Shown here: positions 22,558 to 32,690 of the stretch, one piece after another
How positions within the stretch are numbered: the first letter of the stretch is position 1
Layout: each line of letters starts with the position of its first letter
Assembly: GCF_019746015.1 (NCBI RefSeq)
Contig: NZ_JAIESM010000069.1
Coordinates: 22,208 to 86,207 of the forward strand
Length of the DNA: 64,000 nt
Source: Sphingomonas sp.
GTDB lineage: Bacteria > Pseudomonadota > Alphaproteobacteria > Sphingomonadales > Sphingomonadaceae
Direction of reading: 5' to 3'
Notes under the pieces: generated by a model
The model's database searches: none
Told to the model about the DNA's origin: nothing
Seen by the model: only the letters and a program-made list of their open reading frames with translations
Program-made: the position numbers and the translations under genes

Positions 22558-25275
22558 ATGACGTTCAAGACCAAGATCAAGGGCCTGTTGCTGGTGGGGA
22601 CTGTCCTGCCCGCCCCGGTATTTGCACAGCAGACCGCGCCGCAACAGCCGCCACAGGCCGCCGCGCCTGCGCCCGCCGAGCAGGCCGATCAGGCCGCCGA
22701 GCCGCAGGAAGAAAAGCCCGAAGTCTCGGCCCCCGGCGGCGTCAGCGACGAAGTCGTCGTTGTCGGCCGGCGCATTCCCAACGTCGTGCGCACCAGCCGC
22801 CAGGTTGCCTCGCTGCTGACCGAGGCCGACATCGCCCGCACCGGCGAAGGCGACATTGCCGGCGCGCTGCAGCGCGTGACCGGCCTGTCGGTGGTTGGCG
22901 GCCGCTTCGTCTATGTGCGCGGCCTGGGTGAGCGCTATTCGCTGGCGCTGCTCAACGGCCTGCCGATCCCCTCGCCCGATCCGCTGCGCCGCGTCGTGCC
23001 GCTCGATCTGTTCCCGACCAAACTGCTGGCCTCCTCGCTGGTGCAGAAAAGCTATTCGGCCAACTTCCCCGGCGAATTTGGCGGCGGCGTCATCAACCTC
23101 ACGACGCGCGCCGTGCCGAAAAAGGCCTTTCTCGAAATTGGCGGCAATATCGGCGCCAACACCGCGACCACGGGCCAGCTGGGCTATGTCTTCCAGGGCA
23201 GCCGCAACAGCGTTTTCGGCTATCTCGATTCGCAGCTGGCGCTGCCGCCGGGCCTTGCCGCCTCGCAGGCTAATGGCCGCCTGCTTGCCGTGGGGGGCAA
23301 TTTCAACCTGCGCCAGCTGCAGGACATTACGATCAGCCTGAATAATGCCGAAACCAACGTCATCCAGGCCAACACCAGCATGCCGGCCAACTGGGGCCTC
23401 AACTTCAGCGCCGGCAGTTCATGGGATGTGGGTACCGTCCGCCTCGGCTTCATCGCGGCTGCCGGCTGGAGCACTGACTGGCAGACCAAGGCGGGCCTGC
23501 AGCAGCTTTCCAATGGCGAGGCGGTCGGCCCGAACGGCATTCCGATCCTGCGCCCCGATACCGATTTCAACTTCGTGTCGAGCGAAAACCGCGTCATCGT
23601 GAACGGCCTGCTGGGCTTCGGCGCGGAAATCGGCGAGCACCGCATCCGCTTCACCAATGTCTATATCAACGACACGATCAAGGAAGCGCGTATCCAGGCG
23701 GGCCGCGACGACACCAATGTCGGCCGCGACGTGTTGCTCAACCGCAGCTTCACCGGCACGTTCCAGCGCCAGCTGATCACCTCGCAGCTGGTGGGTGAGT
23801 TCAAGTTCGACAAGCTCACCATCGATGTGCGCACATCATACGCCAACACCAAGCGTCTGGCGCCCTATGAGCGCAACAACAATTATGCGTTCAGCGCGCG
23901 CGCGCGCGACTTCGTCAACGATCTGCGCAGCCCCGGTCAGGCCAGCACGGTGGCGTTCAGCCGCCTCAATGAAAATGTGTGGGCCGCCGGCGCCGATTTC
24001 GGCTACAAGGTTGAAGGCGGGCCGTTCCCGATCCGGCTGACCGCTGGCTATGCCTTCACCAACAACCAGCGCAACTCCAGCCGCTTCGATTATCGCTTCA
24101 ACGTCAACGGCGTGCTGCCGTTCGAAGTGACGCAGCAGCGGCCGGACTTTCTGCTGTCCGACTTCAACGTCCAGACCTTTGGCATCTTCCTCAACACCAT
24201 CTCGACGACGGCACCGTTCTTCACCGCCGGGCTGGTGGTGCATGCCGGCTATGCCCAGTTCGAGATCGAGCCGCTCGACGGCGTGCAGCTGACCGCCGGT
24301 GTGCGCTATGAATCGGGCAACCAGTTCGTCAATCCGGTCGACGTGTTCAACGTGAACCCGGCGGCGACCCGCCGCACCGAGATCAACCGCAACTATGTGT
24401 TGCCGGGCGGCACGCTGACCTGGAATTTCGCCGAAGACATGCAGGCGCGCTTCTCGGTATCGAAGACAGTGGCCCGCCCGCAGTTCCGCGAACTGGCGCC
24501 GCAGACCTATATCGATACCGACACCGACCGGACCTCGTTCGGCAACCAGTTCCTGCAGGACAGCCAGCTGTTCAATGCCGAAGCCCGCTATGAATGGTAT
24601 TTCGGGCGTGACGAGCGGCTGACCATCGGCGGCTTCTACAAGGACATCACCAACCCGATCGAATCGGTGGCGTTCAACGTGGGCGGCACCTTCAACACCA
24701 CCTATGCCAATGCCCCCAAGGGGCAGCTGTTCGGCTTTGAAGCCGAAGTGCAGAAATATATCCCGGTCGACCAGATCGTGTCGTGGCGGGCGCTGGCGAC
24801 CCGGCGGATCTTCATCAACGCCAACTATACCTTCACCAATTCGAGCATCAGCTTCGGCAACAACGATACCACCGTCTTCCCCTTCTCGGGCGAAGTGCGC
24901 CCGGCGCGCGACCTGTTCCGGCTGGGCCAGCCGCTGACCGGCCAGTCGGACCATATCGTCAACTTGCAGCTCAGCCTGCAGGACCGCAACAGCCTGTCCG
25001 AGCAGACGCTGCTGGTGAACTATGCCAGCGAACGCGCCACGCAGCGCGGCCCCAATGGCCAGCCCGACCTGGTCGAACGGCCCGGGCTCCGGTTCGATTT
25101 CGTCGTCCGCCAGGGCTTCAAGCTGGGTGGCGTGCCGCTGGAAGCCAAGTTCGAAGCGCGTAACATCACCAATGTGCGCTATCAGGAATTCCAGACGCTC
25201 AACGGCTCGCGCATCGACAACAACACGTTCGTGCTGGGCCGCACCTTCCAGCTGGGGCTGTCGGCGCAGTTCTGA
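22558..25275 (+). CDS. TonB-dependent receptor
   Basis: Signal peptide, DEVVVVGRR box, GGRFVYVRGLGERYS, NFPGEFGGGVINL, C-terminal GLSAQF. Confidence 0.93.
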   Translation: MTFKTKIKGLLLVGTVLPAPVFAQQTAPQQPPQAAAPAPAEQADQAAEPQEEKPEVSAPGGVSDEVVVVGRRIPNVVRTSRQVASLLTEADIARTGEGDIAGALQRVTGLSVVGGRFVYVRGLGERYSLALLNGLPIPSPDPLRRVVPLDLFPTKLLASSLVQKSYSANFPGEFGGGVINLTTRAVPKKAFLEIGGNIGANTATTGQLGYVFQGSRNSVFGYLDSQLALPPGLAASQANGRLLAVGGNFNLRQLQDITISLNNAETNVIQANTSMPANWGLNFSAGSSWDVGTVRLGFIAAAGWSTDWQTKAGLQQLSNGEAVGPNGIPILRPDTDFNFVSSENRVIVNGLLGFGAEIGEHRIRFTNVYINDTIKEARIQAGRDDTNVGRDVLLNRSFTGTFQRQLITSQLVGEFKFDKLTIDVRTSYANTKRLAPYERNNNYAFSARARDFVNDLRSPGQASTVAFSRLNENVWAAGADFGYKVEGGPFPIRLTAGYAFTNNQRNSSRFDYRFNVNGVLPFEVTQQRPDFLLSDFNVQTFGIFLNTISTTAPFFTAGLVVHAGYAQFEIEPLDGVQLTAGVRYESGNQFVNPVDVFNVNPAATRRTEINRNYVLPGGTLTWNFAEDMQARFSVSKTVARPQFRELAPQTYIDTDTDRTSFGNQFLQDSQLFNAEARYEWYFGRDERLTIGGFYKDITNPIESVAFNVGGTFNTTYANAPKGQLFGFEAEVQKYIPVDQIVSWRALATRRIFINANYTFTNSSISFGNNDTTVFPFSGEVRPARDLFRLGQPLTGQSDHIVNLQLSLQDRNSLSEQTLLVNYASERATQRGPNGQPDLVERPGLRFDFVVRQGFKLGGVPLEAKFEARNITNVRYQEFQTLNGSRIDNNTFVLGRTFQLGLSAQF

Positions 25276-25290
25276 TCGAAGGGCCCCTTA

Positions 25291-25390
25291 AGCCCCTCCC
25301 GCAAGCGGGAGGGGTTTGGGGTGCGCATGTTCCGTAAAGCTGGGCACAGCGCTTGCCATCACGTCCCTCGACGGCGCTCGGGACGAAGGG
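25291..25390. repeat. Family B hairpin (25292-25320) and family C unit (25365-25390) between convergent genes
   Basis: CCCCTCCCGCAAGCGGGAGGGG and CCCTCGACGGCGCTCGGGACGAAGGG; both match copies at ~51903 and ~51947. Confidence 0.75.
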
Positions 25391-25409
25391 ATTCAGAGAT
25401 AGCGCCGCA

Positions 25410-26018
25410 TCACCCCGCCCAGGGGTGATCGCGGAACCAGCTGGTGATGATATATTTGGTGCCGCGCCGCACCGGCAGCCCCTGATGCAGCGTATCGTAA
25501 TTGGGCACGCCATCGGGGCGGATATTGTTCCAGCCGAGCAGCTTGCCGGTTTCGGGCTGAAAGGTGCGGTCGAGCCGCTTGAAACGGGTGGCGCCGCCCG
25601 CGCCGGGCTCGTTCAGATAGACCATCAACGTCCAGCTGCGCTGGCCGGATCGGCCGCAATAACGCTCGAAATCGGGGCCGGTCGGCTCGAAATAATCGGT
25701 GTGCAGCTTGAATTCCTGGCCCACGGCATAACGCTGGCCCTGCAGCGGCTCGGCATGGGCGACATCGAGCCCGGCAAAATCGGCCAGCCGCCGGGTGATG
25801 CCGGCCACCAGCGGGTGCGCGGGGTCTAGGTCGCACGTCTCGCTGGTGCGATAGCTCGCGTCGCCGACATGATCGGCCAGGCCCGAGGGGCGGCGCTGCG
25901 CATCAATGAGCGCGATGAGCGCGGTGCATTCGTCCGCCGACAGAAACTGCCGCTTTGCGACCATTTCGACGGTCCGAAAGGGCAGCTTCTGGGCACCGGC
26001 GAACCGCTCAGTCGACAT
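25410..26018 (-). CDS. 2OG-Fe(II) oxygenase, prolyl 4-hydroxylase-like
   Basis: RTSETC, EPLQGQRYAVGQEFKLHTDYF (HxD), WTLMVYLN, TLHQGLPVRRGTKYIITSW. Confidence 0.88.
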   Translation of the reverse strand: MSTERFAGAQKLPFRTVEMVAKRQFLSADECTALIALIDAQRRPSGLADHVGDASYRTSETCDLDPAHPLVAGITRRLADFAGLDVAHAEPLQGQRYAVGQEFKLHTDYFEPTGPDFERYCGRSGQRSWTLMVYLNEPGAGGATRFKRLDRTFQPETGKLLGWNNIRPDGVPNYDTLHQGLPVRRGTKYIITSWFRDHPWAG

Positions 26019-26178
26019 GGTGGAAGTTTAGCGGCACGCGGCCGCGCGGGCAACGGGCGCTGGGTAGCGGCAGGCTGACGTTAACATTATGACATTAAAT
26101 AATTAAATGGTAAATTCGAGGTGTCCGGCGCGCGCAAAAAGACCGCATCCGGTGTCCACGAGATGCTCCACCAAAGCC

Positions 26179-26673
26179 TCAAGCCATCTTGGCGGCGATG
26201 ATCCATCCCCAGGCAGCGAGCGTCACCGCGCCCCCCGCCACCGTCAGCTGCACGGCCCGGCGCAGCAGCCGCCCCTGCGCATCGATCGAGCGGACGAAGG
26301 CGGCAAACAGCCGCTGCCGCAGCGCCGCGTCATCCTCGGGGCCGTCGGCGTCGAACTCCTCCCCCAGCAGCAGCGCGCGCAGGCACAGCAGGGTCGACAG
26401 CGCCAGCGGCACCAGCCCGGCAATGCTGGCCAGCGTCAGCCCCGGCTGGCGCGCGGCATCCAGGCTGAGCGGCGCGCCAGGCGACGCGGAGATCGGATGG
26501 GTGCCGATGGTGATCATCAGCGCGTTGAACGCAATCATCGCCCCCAGCCGGATCGACAGATCAAGGTCGCGGTTCTGCAAAAACTCTAGATCCGCCAGAA
26601 AGCCGGCATCGGGCGGATCGCCCCGCATCGCGCAATAGGCGCGCAGCCGCCCGCGATAGCCGCCCCCGCTCAC
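26179..26673 (-). CDS. Hypothetical membrane protein
   Basis: Three hydrophobic segments; co-oriented with the acylase gene; start uncertain. Confidence 0.55.
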   Translation of the reverse strand: MSGGGYRGRLRAYCAMRGDPPDAGFLADLEFLQNRDLDLSIRLGAMIAFNALMITIGTHPISASPGAPLSLDAARQPGLTLASIAGLVPLALSTLLCLRALLLGEEFDADGPEDDAALRQRLFAAFVRSIDAQGRLLRRAVQLTVAGGAVTLAAWGWIIAAKMA

Positions 26674-26685
26674 CGGGCCGCCCTG

Positions 26686-28983
26686 CTATTCGCTGATGAC
26701 GCGCGGCTTGCCCTGTGCGTCCGCCGCGATCTCCGCCGGCGTGAAGGGCAGCCGCACCCAGCGCTTGGCCGAATAGAGCCGGGTCTGGTCGCCGAAATGG
26801 GGCGAGGCGGGATCGGTCGACTGCGAATAGCTGAGCACCGCATCCGCCACCGGGCCGTTCTCGTCAAAGCTCACCACTTGCACATAGCTGCTGCCATGCA
26901 CCGGGGTGACGCCGCCCGGAATGGGGGCATGGACCTGCACGTTCAGCACGCCCAGCTGCCCGTCGCCGCCATGCGCCGGAATGCGCTCGGCACCGCGCAG
27001 CGCCACCTGCACATCGCCCCAGCGCGCGTCGAGCGCGATCTGCTGCTTGCCGAGCGCCTCCGCCGCCTTGGCCAGCGCGTCGATCAGCTTGGTCTGGGCA
27101 GCGGCGTCCGGCGCAAAGTCGCGCGGGGTGTGCACCGGGTCGGCGGGGTCGAACGGCACCGTCCACAGCCCGGCAACGTTCCGCGCCTGCATCCAGAAGA
27201 CGTGGAAGAGATAGGCGGCGCGACTGTCGAGGTCGAAGCGGCCGTCCCATTTTGCAAGCGCGGCGCAGGCGGCGGCAACATTGTCCTTGCCGGCGCACAG
27301 TTTCAGCAGCCCGGGCAGCACCAGCTCTGCCGCCAGCGACTTGTTCGCAAAGGCCATCTGCGCGGCAATCGCATTGTCCACCTTGGTGCCGCCCAGCCCG
27401 TCGGCGCCGGTGAAGCGCCGGTCAAGTTCCAGCAGGCCGGAGCGGGTGCGCAGCGTGCGCACCGTTCCCCAGGCGCCCAGAATTGGCGACAGCTGGCGAT
27501 AGGGGGCGCTCGCATTGCTCAGCCAATAGCTGTCGTTCGAATTGGCGACATAATCGCGCCGTTCCCAGATCGCCTGGTCCGCCGCCGGCATCAGCCGGGG
27601 CGCCGGGGTGCCGGCCGCCTTGTCCCAGTCGCAGGCCGAGCGCCGCCCGTCGAGCAGCACGAACCGCGCCGCGACTGCGGCCGACAGCGGCGTCGCGCAC
27701 GCCTTCACCTTCTCGGCGTTAACATTGGGCACCGCCGTCACATCGGCATGGAGCGCATTGCCGGCCCGGTCCGCCGCGATGGTGTTGACCCAGGGAATGC
27801 CAAGCGTGGTCGAGACCGCACGCTTCACCTCCGCCACCGACCGGGCCTTGCCGATCGCCATCCAGGCGGAAAGGCTGCGGTCATTGTCGTAATTGGCGTC
27901 GCGGATGGTATAGGCCTTGTCCGCCTTCCACCCCATACCGACAAAGGGAATGGTCAGCATGGGGCCAAAGCGGCTGGCATAGAGCGTGCGCTTCACGCTG
28001 CTGCCATCGGGCATCGGCACCGACACGGCGATCGGGCGCATCGCCTCTGCCTTGCCGTCGATGATGTAACGGGTGGGGTCGGCGGGGTCGAGCTGCAGCT
28101 CGAACATGGTGAAATGCTGCGCCGCCGTCACCGTGTGTGTCCAGGCGACATCCTTGTTGAAGCCCAGCGCCACCAGCGGCGTGCCGGCCAGCCCCACGCC
28201 CATCACGTCGACCTGGCCGGGAATGGTGATGTGCATCTGCCAGAAGCGCGACGGGCCGTTCCACGGGAAGTGGGGATTGCCCACCACCAGCCCGCGCCCG
28301 TTCTTCGTCTTCTCCGCGCCGAATGCCCAGCCATTGCTGCCCCAGCCAATGTCGCGCTCGCCCGGCAATGCCCAGGCGGGTGATGCGGCCGCGGCCTGTT
28401 TGCCCGGGGGCGCGGCGTTCACGATATAGGGGGCAACCGCCAGGCTGCTCGCCAGCAGCACCTGCTTTTCGGTCAGGCGGAGCAGATCGTCGAGCGTGAT
28501 CGGCCGCAGCCAGGGCTTGCCCCGGCACGCCTCGGGCGCTTTCGCCCCCACATCGCGCAGGTGGCGGTTATAGCCCGCGACATAGCCCGCCAGCAGCGCG
28601 CGCTCATCGGCCGGGCGCGCCGCCCAGCGCCGCTTCAGCGCCGGCAGGTCGATCAGCGCGCGAAAGAAGATGTCGGACGACAGATTGTCGATCTTCTCGA
28701 ACCCCAGCACCGCCGATTCCTTCGGCCCGAAATAGCGCGATCGGTCGCCGGCTACGGTCGCGAATTCCTCCGCCAGCATGCACAGATTGTCCTCGGCATA
28801 GGCATAGCCCACACCATAGCCCGCACTCGCCCAGCTGGCGGCGCGGATGTGCGGAATGCCATAGCTGGTGCGGGTGATGGTGGCGGCATAGCCCGGCCCC
28901 TTGGCGGCGGCGGGGCCGGCCAGGGCCAGCGTCGCGGCGCCCGCGCCCAAAGCCAGAATCAGCTGCTTGCGGTTCATGCCCAT
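26686..28983 (-). CDS. Ntn-hydrolase acylase (penicillin acylase / AHL acylase family)
   Basis: Signal peptide, TSYGIPHIRA, GYAYAEDNLC, beta-chain nucleophile G-SNGWAFG, NPHFPW, LSYSQSTDPASPHFGDQT. Confidence 0.9.
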   Translation of the reverse strand: MGMNRKQLILALGAGAATLALAGPAAAKGPGYAATITRTSYGIPHIRAASWASAGYGVGYAYAEDNLCMLAEEFATVAGDRSRYFGPKESAVLGFEKIDNLSSDIFFRALIDLPALKRRWAARPADERALLAGYVAGYNRHLRDVGAKAPEACRGKPWLRPITLDDLLRLTEKQVLLASSLAVAPYIVNAAPPGKQAAAASPAWALPGERDIGWGSNGWAFGAEKTKNGRGLVVGNPHFPWNGPSRFWQMHITIPGQVDVMGVGLAGTPLVALGFNKDVAWTHTVTAAQHFTMFELQLDPADPTRYIIDGKAEAMRPIAVSVPMPDGSSVKRTLYASRFGPMLTIPFVGMGWKADKAYTIRDANYDNDRSLSAWMAIGKARSVAEVKRAVSTTLGIPWVNTIAADRAGNALHADVTAVPNVNAEKVKACATPLSAAVAARFVLLDGRRSACDWDKAAGTPAPRLMPAADQAIWERRDYVANSNDSYWLSNASAPYRQLSPILGAWGTVRTLRTRSGLLELDRRFTGADGLGGTKVDNAIAAQMAFANKSLAAELVLPGLLKLCAGKDNVAAACAALAKWDGRFDLDSRAAYLFHVFWMQARNVAGLWTVPFDPADPVHTPRDFAPDAAAQTKLIDALAKAAEALGKQQIALDARWGDVQVALRGAERIPAHGGDGQLGVLNVQVHAPIPGGVTPVHGSSYVQVVSFDENGPVADAVLSYSQSTDPASPHFGDQTRLYSAKRWVRLPFTPAEIAADAQGKPRVISE

Positions 28984-29070
28984 CCTCCCCAGTCTTTTTC
29001 AGGGAGAGCGTAGCGCGGGCAAAGCAGGCGGGCAATTGCAGGCGGCAAAACGCTTCCCATATCGCCCGCC

Positions 29071-29634
29071 ATGAACAACCAACACAGCAATGCAAACACA
29101 TGGTACGGCACCACCATCCTGTCGGTGCGGCGCGGCGGCAAGGTCGTCGTGATCGGCGACGGGCAGGTGTCGATGGGGCAGACGGTGATGAAGCCCAATG
29201 CGAAGAAGGTGCGCCGGCTGGGCGATGGCGGCGTCATCGCGGGCTTTGCCGGGGCGACCGCCGATGCCTTCACCCTGTTCGAGCGGCTGGAGCGCAAGCT
29301 GGAGCAGCACCACGGCGCGCTGCTGCGCGCAGCGGTGGAGCTCGCCAAGGACTGGCGCACCGACAAATATCTGCGCAATCTGGAAGCGATGATGATCGTC
29401 GCCGACAAGGATGTGACATTGATCCTGACCGGCAATGGCGATGTGCTGGAGCCGGAGGCAGGGATCGCCGCGATCGGCTCGGGCGGCAATTTCGCGCTCG
29501 CCGCCGCGCGGGCACTGGCCGATTATGAAACCGATGCAGAGACGATCTGCCGCAAGGCGATGAAAGTCGCGGCCGACATCTGCGTCTACACCAATGAAGC
29601 GCTGACCGTGGAGACGCTGGCAAGCGCGGCCTGA
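29071..29634 (+). CDS. hslV: ATP-dependent protease subunit HslV
   Basis: G-TTILSVRR catalytic Thr, [28 protein letters not shown]. Confidence 0.97.
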   Translation: MNNQHSNANTWYGTTILSVRRGGKVVVIGDGQVSMGQTVMKPNAKKVRRLGDGGVIAGFAGATADAFTLFERLERKLEQHHGALLRAAVELAKDWRTDKYLRNLEAMMIVADKDVTLILTGNGDVLEPEAGIAAIGSGGNFALAAARALADYETDAETICRKAMKVAADICVYTNEALTVETLASAA

Positions 29635-29641
29635 CCTGTCA

Positions 29642-29750
29642 TCCCCTCCCTGGTGAAGGGAGGGGCCGGGGGTGGGTGGGCCAGTAATTGGTTCCTTCCT
29701 CAACCCCATATCCACCCACCCCTATCCCCTCCCTTCACCAGGGAGGGGGA
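29642..29750. repeat. Family B inverted REP doublet (REPIN-like) between hslV and hslU
   Basis: CCCCTCCCTGGTGAAGGGAGGGGCCGGGGGTGGGTGG ... CCACCCACCCCTATCCCCTCCCTTCACCAGGGAGGGG. Confidence 0.85.
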
Positions 29751-29764
29751 CCCAGAGTGAAGAC

Positions 29765-31063
29765 ATGAACGACGCCCTTACCCCCAAAGCCATTGTCGCC
29801 GCGCTCGACGCGCACATCATCGGCCAGCGTGACGCCAAGCGCGCGGTTGCGGTGGCGCTCCGCAACCGCTGGCGCCGCCAGCGGCTGGGTGCCGATCTGC
29901 GCGACGAGGTGAGCCCCAAGAACATCCTGATGATCGGCCCCACCGGCTGCGGCAAGACCGAGATCAGCCGCCGGCTGGCCAAGCTGGCCGACGCCCCCTT
30001 CGTGAAGGTGGAGGCGACCAAGTTTACCGAGGTCGGCTATGTCGGCCGCGACGTGGAGCAGATCGCGCGCGACCTGGTCGAGGAAGCGGTGCGGCTGGAA
30101 AAGGAACGCCGCCGCCAGGCCGTGAAGGACAAGGCGGAGGAAGCGGCCATGGCCCGGCTGCTCGATGCGCTGACCGGCAAGGGCGCGAGCGAGGCGACGC
30201 GCGAGGCCTTCCGCCAGCGCTTCCGCGACGGCCATCTGGACCAGAGCGAGGTCGAGATCGAGATCGAACAGGCGCCGCAGATGCCGTTCGAAATCCCCGG
30301 CGGCGCGCAGGTCGGCATGATCAATCTGGGCGAGATGATGGGCAAGGCGTTCGGCCAGCCGCCGCTCAAGCGCCGCAAGCTGAGCGTGCCCAAGGCGTGG
30401 GAAAAGCTGGTCGAGGAGGAGGCCGACAAGCGGCTGGACCAGGACGAGGTGAGCCGCGTCGCGCTCGCCGATGCCGAAGCCAATGGCATCGTCTTCCTCG
30501 ACGAGATCGACAAGATTGCGGTCAGTGACGTGCGCGGCGGCTCGGTCAGCCGCGAAGGCGTGCAGCGCGACCTGCTGCCGCTGATCGAGGGGACGACGGT
30601 TGCCACCAAATATGGCCCGATGAAGACCGACCATATCCTGTTCATCGCGTCGGGCGCCTTCCATGTCGCCAAGCCCAGCGATCTGCTGCCCGAGCTGCAG
30701 GGCCGCTTGCCGATCCGTGTCGAGCTGAAGGCGCTGACCGAGGCCGATTTCATTGCCATCCTGTCGGACACCAAGGCCTCGCTGATCGCCCAATATTGTG
30801 CACTGCTGGCGACCGAGGGCGTGACCATCGACTTTACCGAGGACGGCATCCGCGCGGTGGCCCGCATCGCCGCCGAGGTGAATGCGCAGATCGAGAATAT
30901 CGGCGCGCGGCGGCTGCAGACGGTGATGGAGAAGCTGCTGGAAAGCGTGAGCTTCGACGCGGAGGACCGCAGCGGCCAGACGGTGCGGATCGACGCGGCC
31001 TATGTGGAGGCGGAACTGGCGAGCATTGCCCGCAACACCGATCTCAGCCGCTTCGTGCTGTAA
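29765..31063 (+). CDS. hslU: ATP-dependent protease ATPase HslU
   Basis: [47 protein letters not shown]. Confidence 0.97.
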   Translation: MNDALTPKAIVAALDAHIIGQRDAKRAVAVALRNRWRRQRLGADLRDEVSPKNILMIGPTGCGKTEISRRLAKLADAPFVKVEATKFTEVGYVGRDVEQIARDLVEEAVRLEKERRRQAVKDKAEEAAMARLLDALTGKGASEATREAFRQRFRDGHLDQSEVEIEIEQAPQMPFEIPGGAQVGMINLGEMMGKAFGQPPLKRRKLSVPKAWEKLVEEEADKRLDQDEVSRVALADAEANGIVFLDEIDKIAVSDVRGGSVSREGVQRDLLPLIEGTTVATKYGPMKTDHILFIASGAFHVAKPSDLLPELQGRLPIRVELKALTEADFIAILSDTKASLIAQYCALLATEGVTIDFTEDGIRAVARIAAEVNAQIENIGARRLQTVMEKLLESVSFDAEDRSGQTVRIDAAYVEAELASIARNTDLSRFVL

Positions 31064-31066
31064 CAA

Positions 31067-31489
31067 TCAGCCCTTGGGCACCGGCACTTTGTCATAGGGC
31101 GTGAAGCTGCCTAGGAAGCAATAGGCGAACGAGACGCCGCCGTTGCGCGTGGCCACCTGGAACCGGTCGTTGCGGCACAGCTGCACGCCATATTGATTGT
31201 CGAACACCAGCAGGAAGTCGTTGACCAGCGGCGGGCAGAAGCCGCGCAGCGTATTGATCCAGACGCGCTTGCCCGACTGGCGATAGAGCAGATGCCGCTG
31301 ATCGACCGGTTCGGGGCCGTTGACGCGGGTCTGTTCGATGCAGTTTTCGGGCTTGCCCGCCACGCGCCCCTCCACCGCCTTCAGCAGCGCGGGCGAGGGG
31401 GGCGGCGGATCGTCTAGCGTGACCGCCGCCGTCGCCGCGCCCGCCAGCAGAGCGGCGGCGGCGCCCAGAATCAGCCGGCGCTTCCTCAT
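31067..31489 (-). CDS. Small exported four-Cys protein (DUF6491-like), paralogue 2
   Basis: Signal peptide; GKPENCI...C...QLC...C.LGSFTPY pattern shared with the neighbouring gene. Confidence 0.65.
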   Translation of the reverse strand: MRKRRLILGAAAALLAGAATAAVTLDDPPPPSPALLKAVEGRVAGKPENCIEQTRVNGPEPVDQRHLLYRQSGKRVWINTLRGFCPPLVNDFLLVFDNQYGVQLCRNDRFQVATRNGGVSFAYCFLGSFTPYDKVPVPKG

Positions 31490-31896
31490 CGGTCGCGGCG
31501 GTACGGCGTGAACTGGCCGAGCGCGCAACCGCCGGTGACGAAGCGGTTATACACATCGACCGTCTGCATGATCTGGCCCGAGCACAGCTGCGACGCGACC
31601 GGGTTGACGACGATCAGCGCGTCGCCGCGTTCGGCGCGTTCGCAGCCATTGGTCTCGTTCGCGTAAATCTGGTTGCGGTTGACCCGGTACAGGATGGTTC
31701 GGCCGATCGTGGTGCTGCTGATGTCGCCGCGCAGCGTGGGAATGCAGCTTTGCGGCGGGCCGGCCTTGGTAAAGCCCTGCAGCGCGCGGGCGAGCTTTGC
31801 CTCGGTCTGCGCATCGGTGGTGTTGGGGTCATAGGCCTGCTGCGGCGCGGCGGCGCCCAATGTCAGTGGCAGGCACAGCAGTAACAGGCGTTGCAT
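31486..31896 (-). CDS. Small exported four-Cys protein (DUF6491-like), paralogue 1
   Basis: Signal peptide; GPPQSCI...C...QLC...CALGQFTPY; stop overlaps the next start. Confidence 0.65.
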   Translation of the reverse strand: MQRLLLLCLPLTLGAAAPQQAYDPNTTDAQTEAKLARALQGFTKAGPPQSCIPTLRGDISSTTIGRTILYRVNRNQIYANETNGCERAERGDALIVVNPVASQLCSGQIMQTVDVYNRFVTGGCALGQFTPYRRDR

Positions 31897-31952
31897 CGTC
31901 AGCGCTCTCCCAAGCTCAACGCGTTGCCCCCGCGTGGCGATAGTGCCTTAGT

Positions 31953-32690
31953 TCACCCGCGAAAGCCATCCTTTCCTGCGCGCAATTCGGCCAGATGCGC
32001 GGCATCACGTGCGCGCAGGAACGGGTTGGTCGCGCGTTCCAGGCCGATGCTGGTCGGCACGGTTGCCTCGCCCGCTGCACGCGCTGCCCGCACCGCCGCC
32101 ATGCGCGCGCCGAGCGCGGCATTGTCCGGCTCCACGGTCAGCGCATAGCGTCCGTTCGATTCGGTATATTCGTGCGCGCAATAGACGGCCGTTTCGTCGG
32201 GCAGCGCGGCATAACGCTGCATGTTGGCGAACATCTGCGCGGCATCCCCCTCGAACAGCCGTCCACAGCCCATCGCGAACAGCGTGTCGCCGACGAACAG
32301 CAGCGCCTCGTCACCAAAGTGATAGCTGATATGCCCGGCGGTGTGGGCCGCGGTTTCCATCACCACTGCGCGGTGGGCGCCGATTGCCACCACATCACCT
32401 TCCGCCACCAGCCGGTCGGCGGTCGGGATGCGGGCCTGCTCGGCCGCCGGCGCGATGACGGTCGCGCCCCAGCTCGCCTTCAACGCCTTATTGCCGCCGG
32501 TGTGATCGGGGTGCCAATGGGTGTTCCAGATCGCCGACAGCCGCCAGCCGCGCGCGGCGAGCGCGTCGTCCACCACCTCGGCAGTGGCGGGGTCGACGAC
32601 GATCGTCTCGCCCGATGCATCGTCATGCACCAGCCAGACATAATTGTCGGTCAGCGCGGGCAGCCGGACGACGTCGAGTGCCATCACCAA
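31953..32690 (-). CDS. gloB: Hydroxyacylglutathione hydrolase (glyoxalase II)
   Basis: DNYVWL, THWHPDHTGG, HTAGH, GDTLFAMGCGRLFEG, CAHEYT, ERATNPFLR. Confidence 0.95.
   Translation of the reverse strand: MVMALDVVRLPALTDNYVWLVHDDASGETIVVDPATAEVVDDALAARGWRLSAIWNTHWHPDHTGGNKALKASWGATVIAPAAEQARIPTADRLVAEGDVVAIGAHRAVVMETAAHTAGHISYHFGDEALLFVGDTLFAMGCGRLFEGDAAQMFANMQRYAALPDETAVYCAHEYTESNGRYALTVEPDNAALGARMAAVRAARAAGEATVPTSIGLERATNPFLRARDAAHLAELRAGKDGFRG

Noticed and set aside
25410-26018. 2OG oxygenase as the PhnY partner of the HD protein
   Set aside because: Motifs are prolyl-4-hydroxylase-like rather than PhyH-like, and it lies 12 kb from the HD gene.
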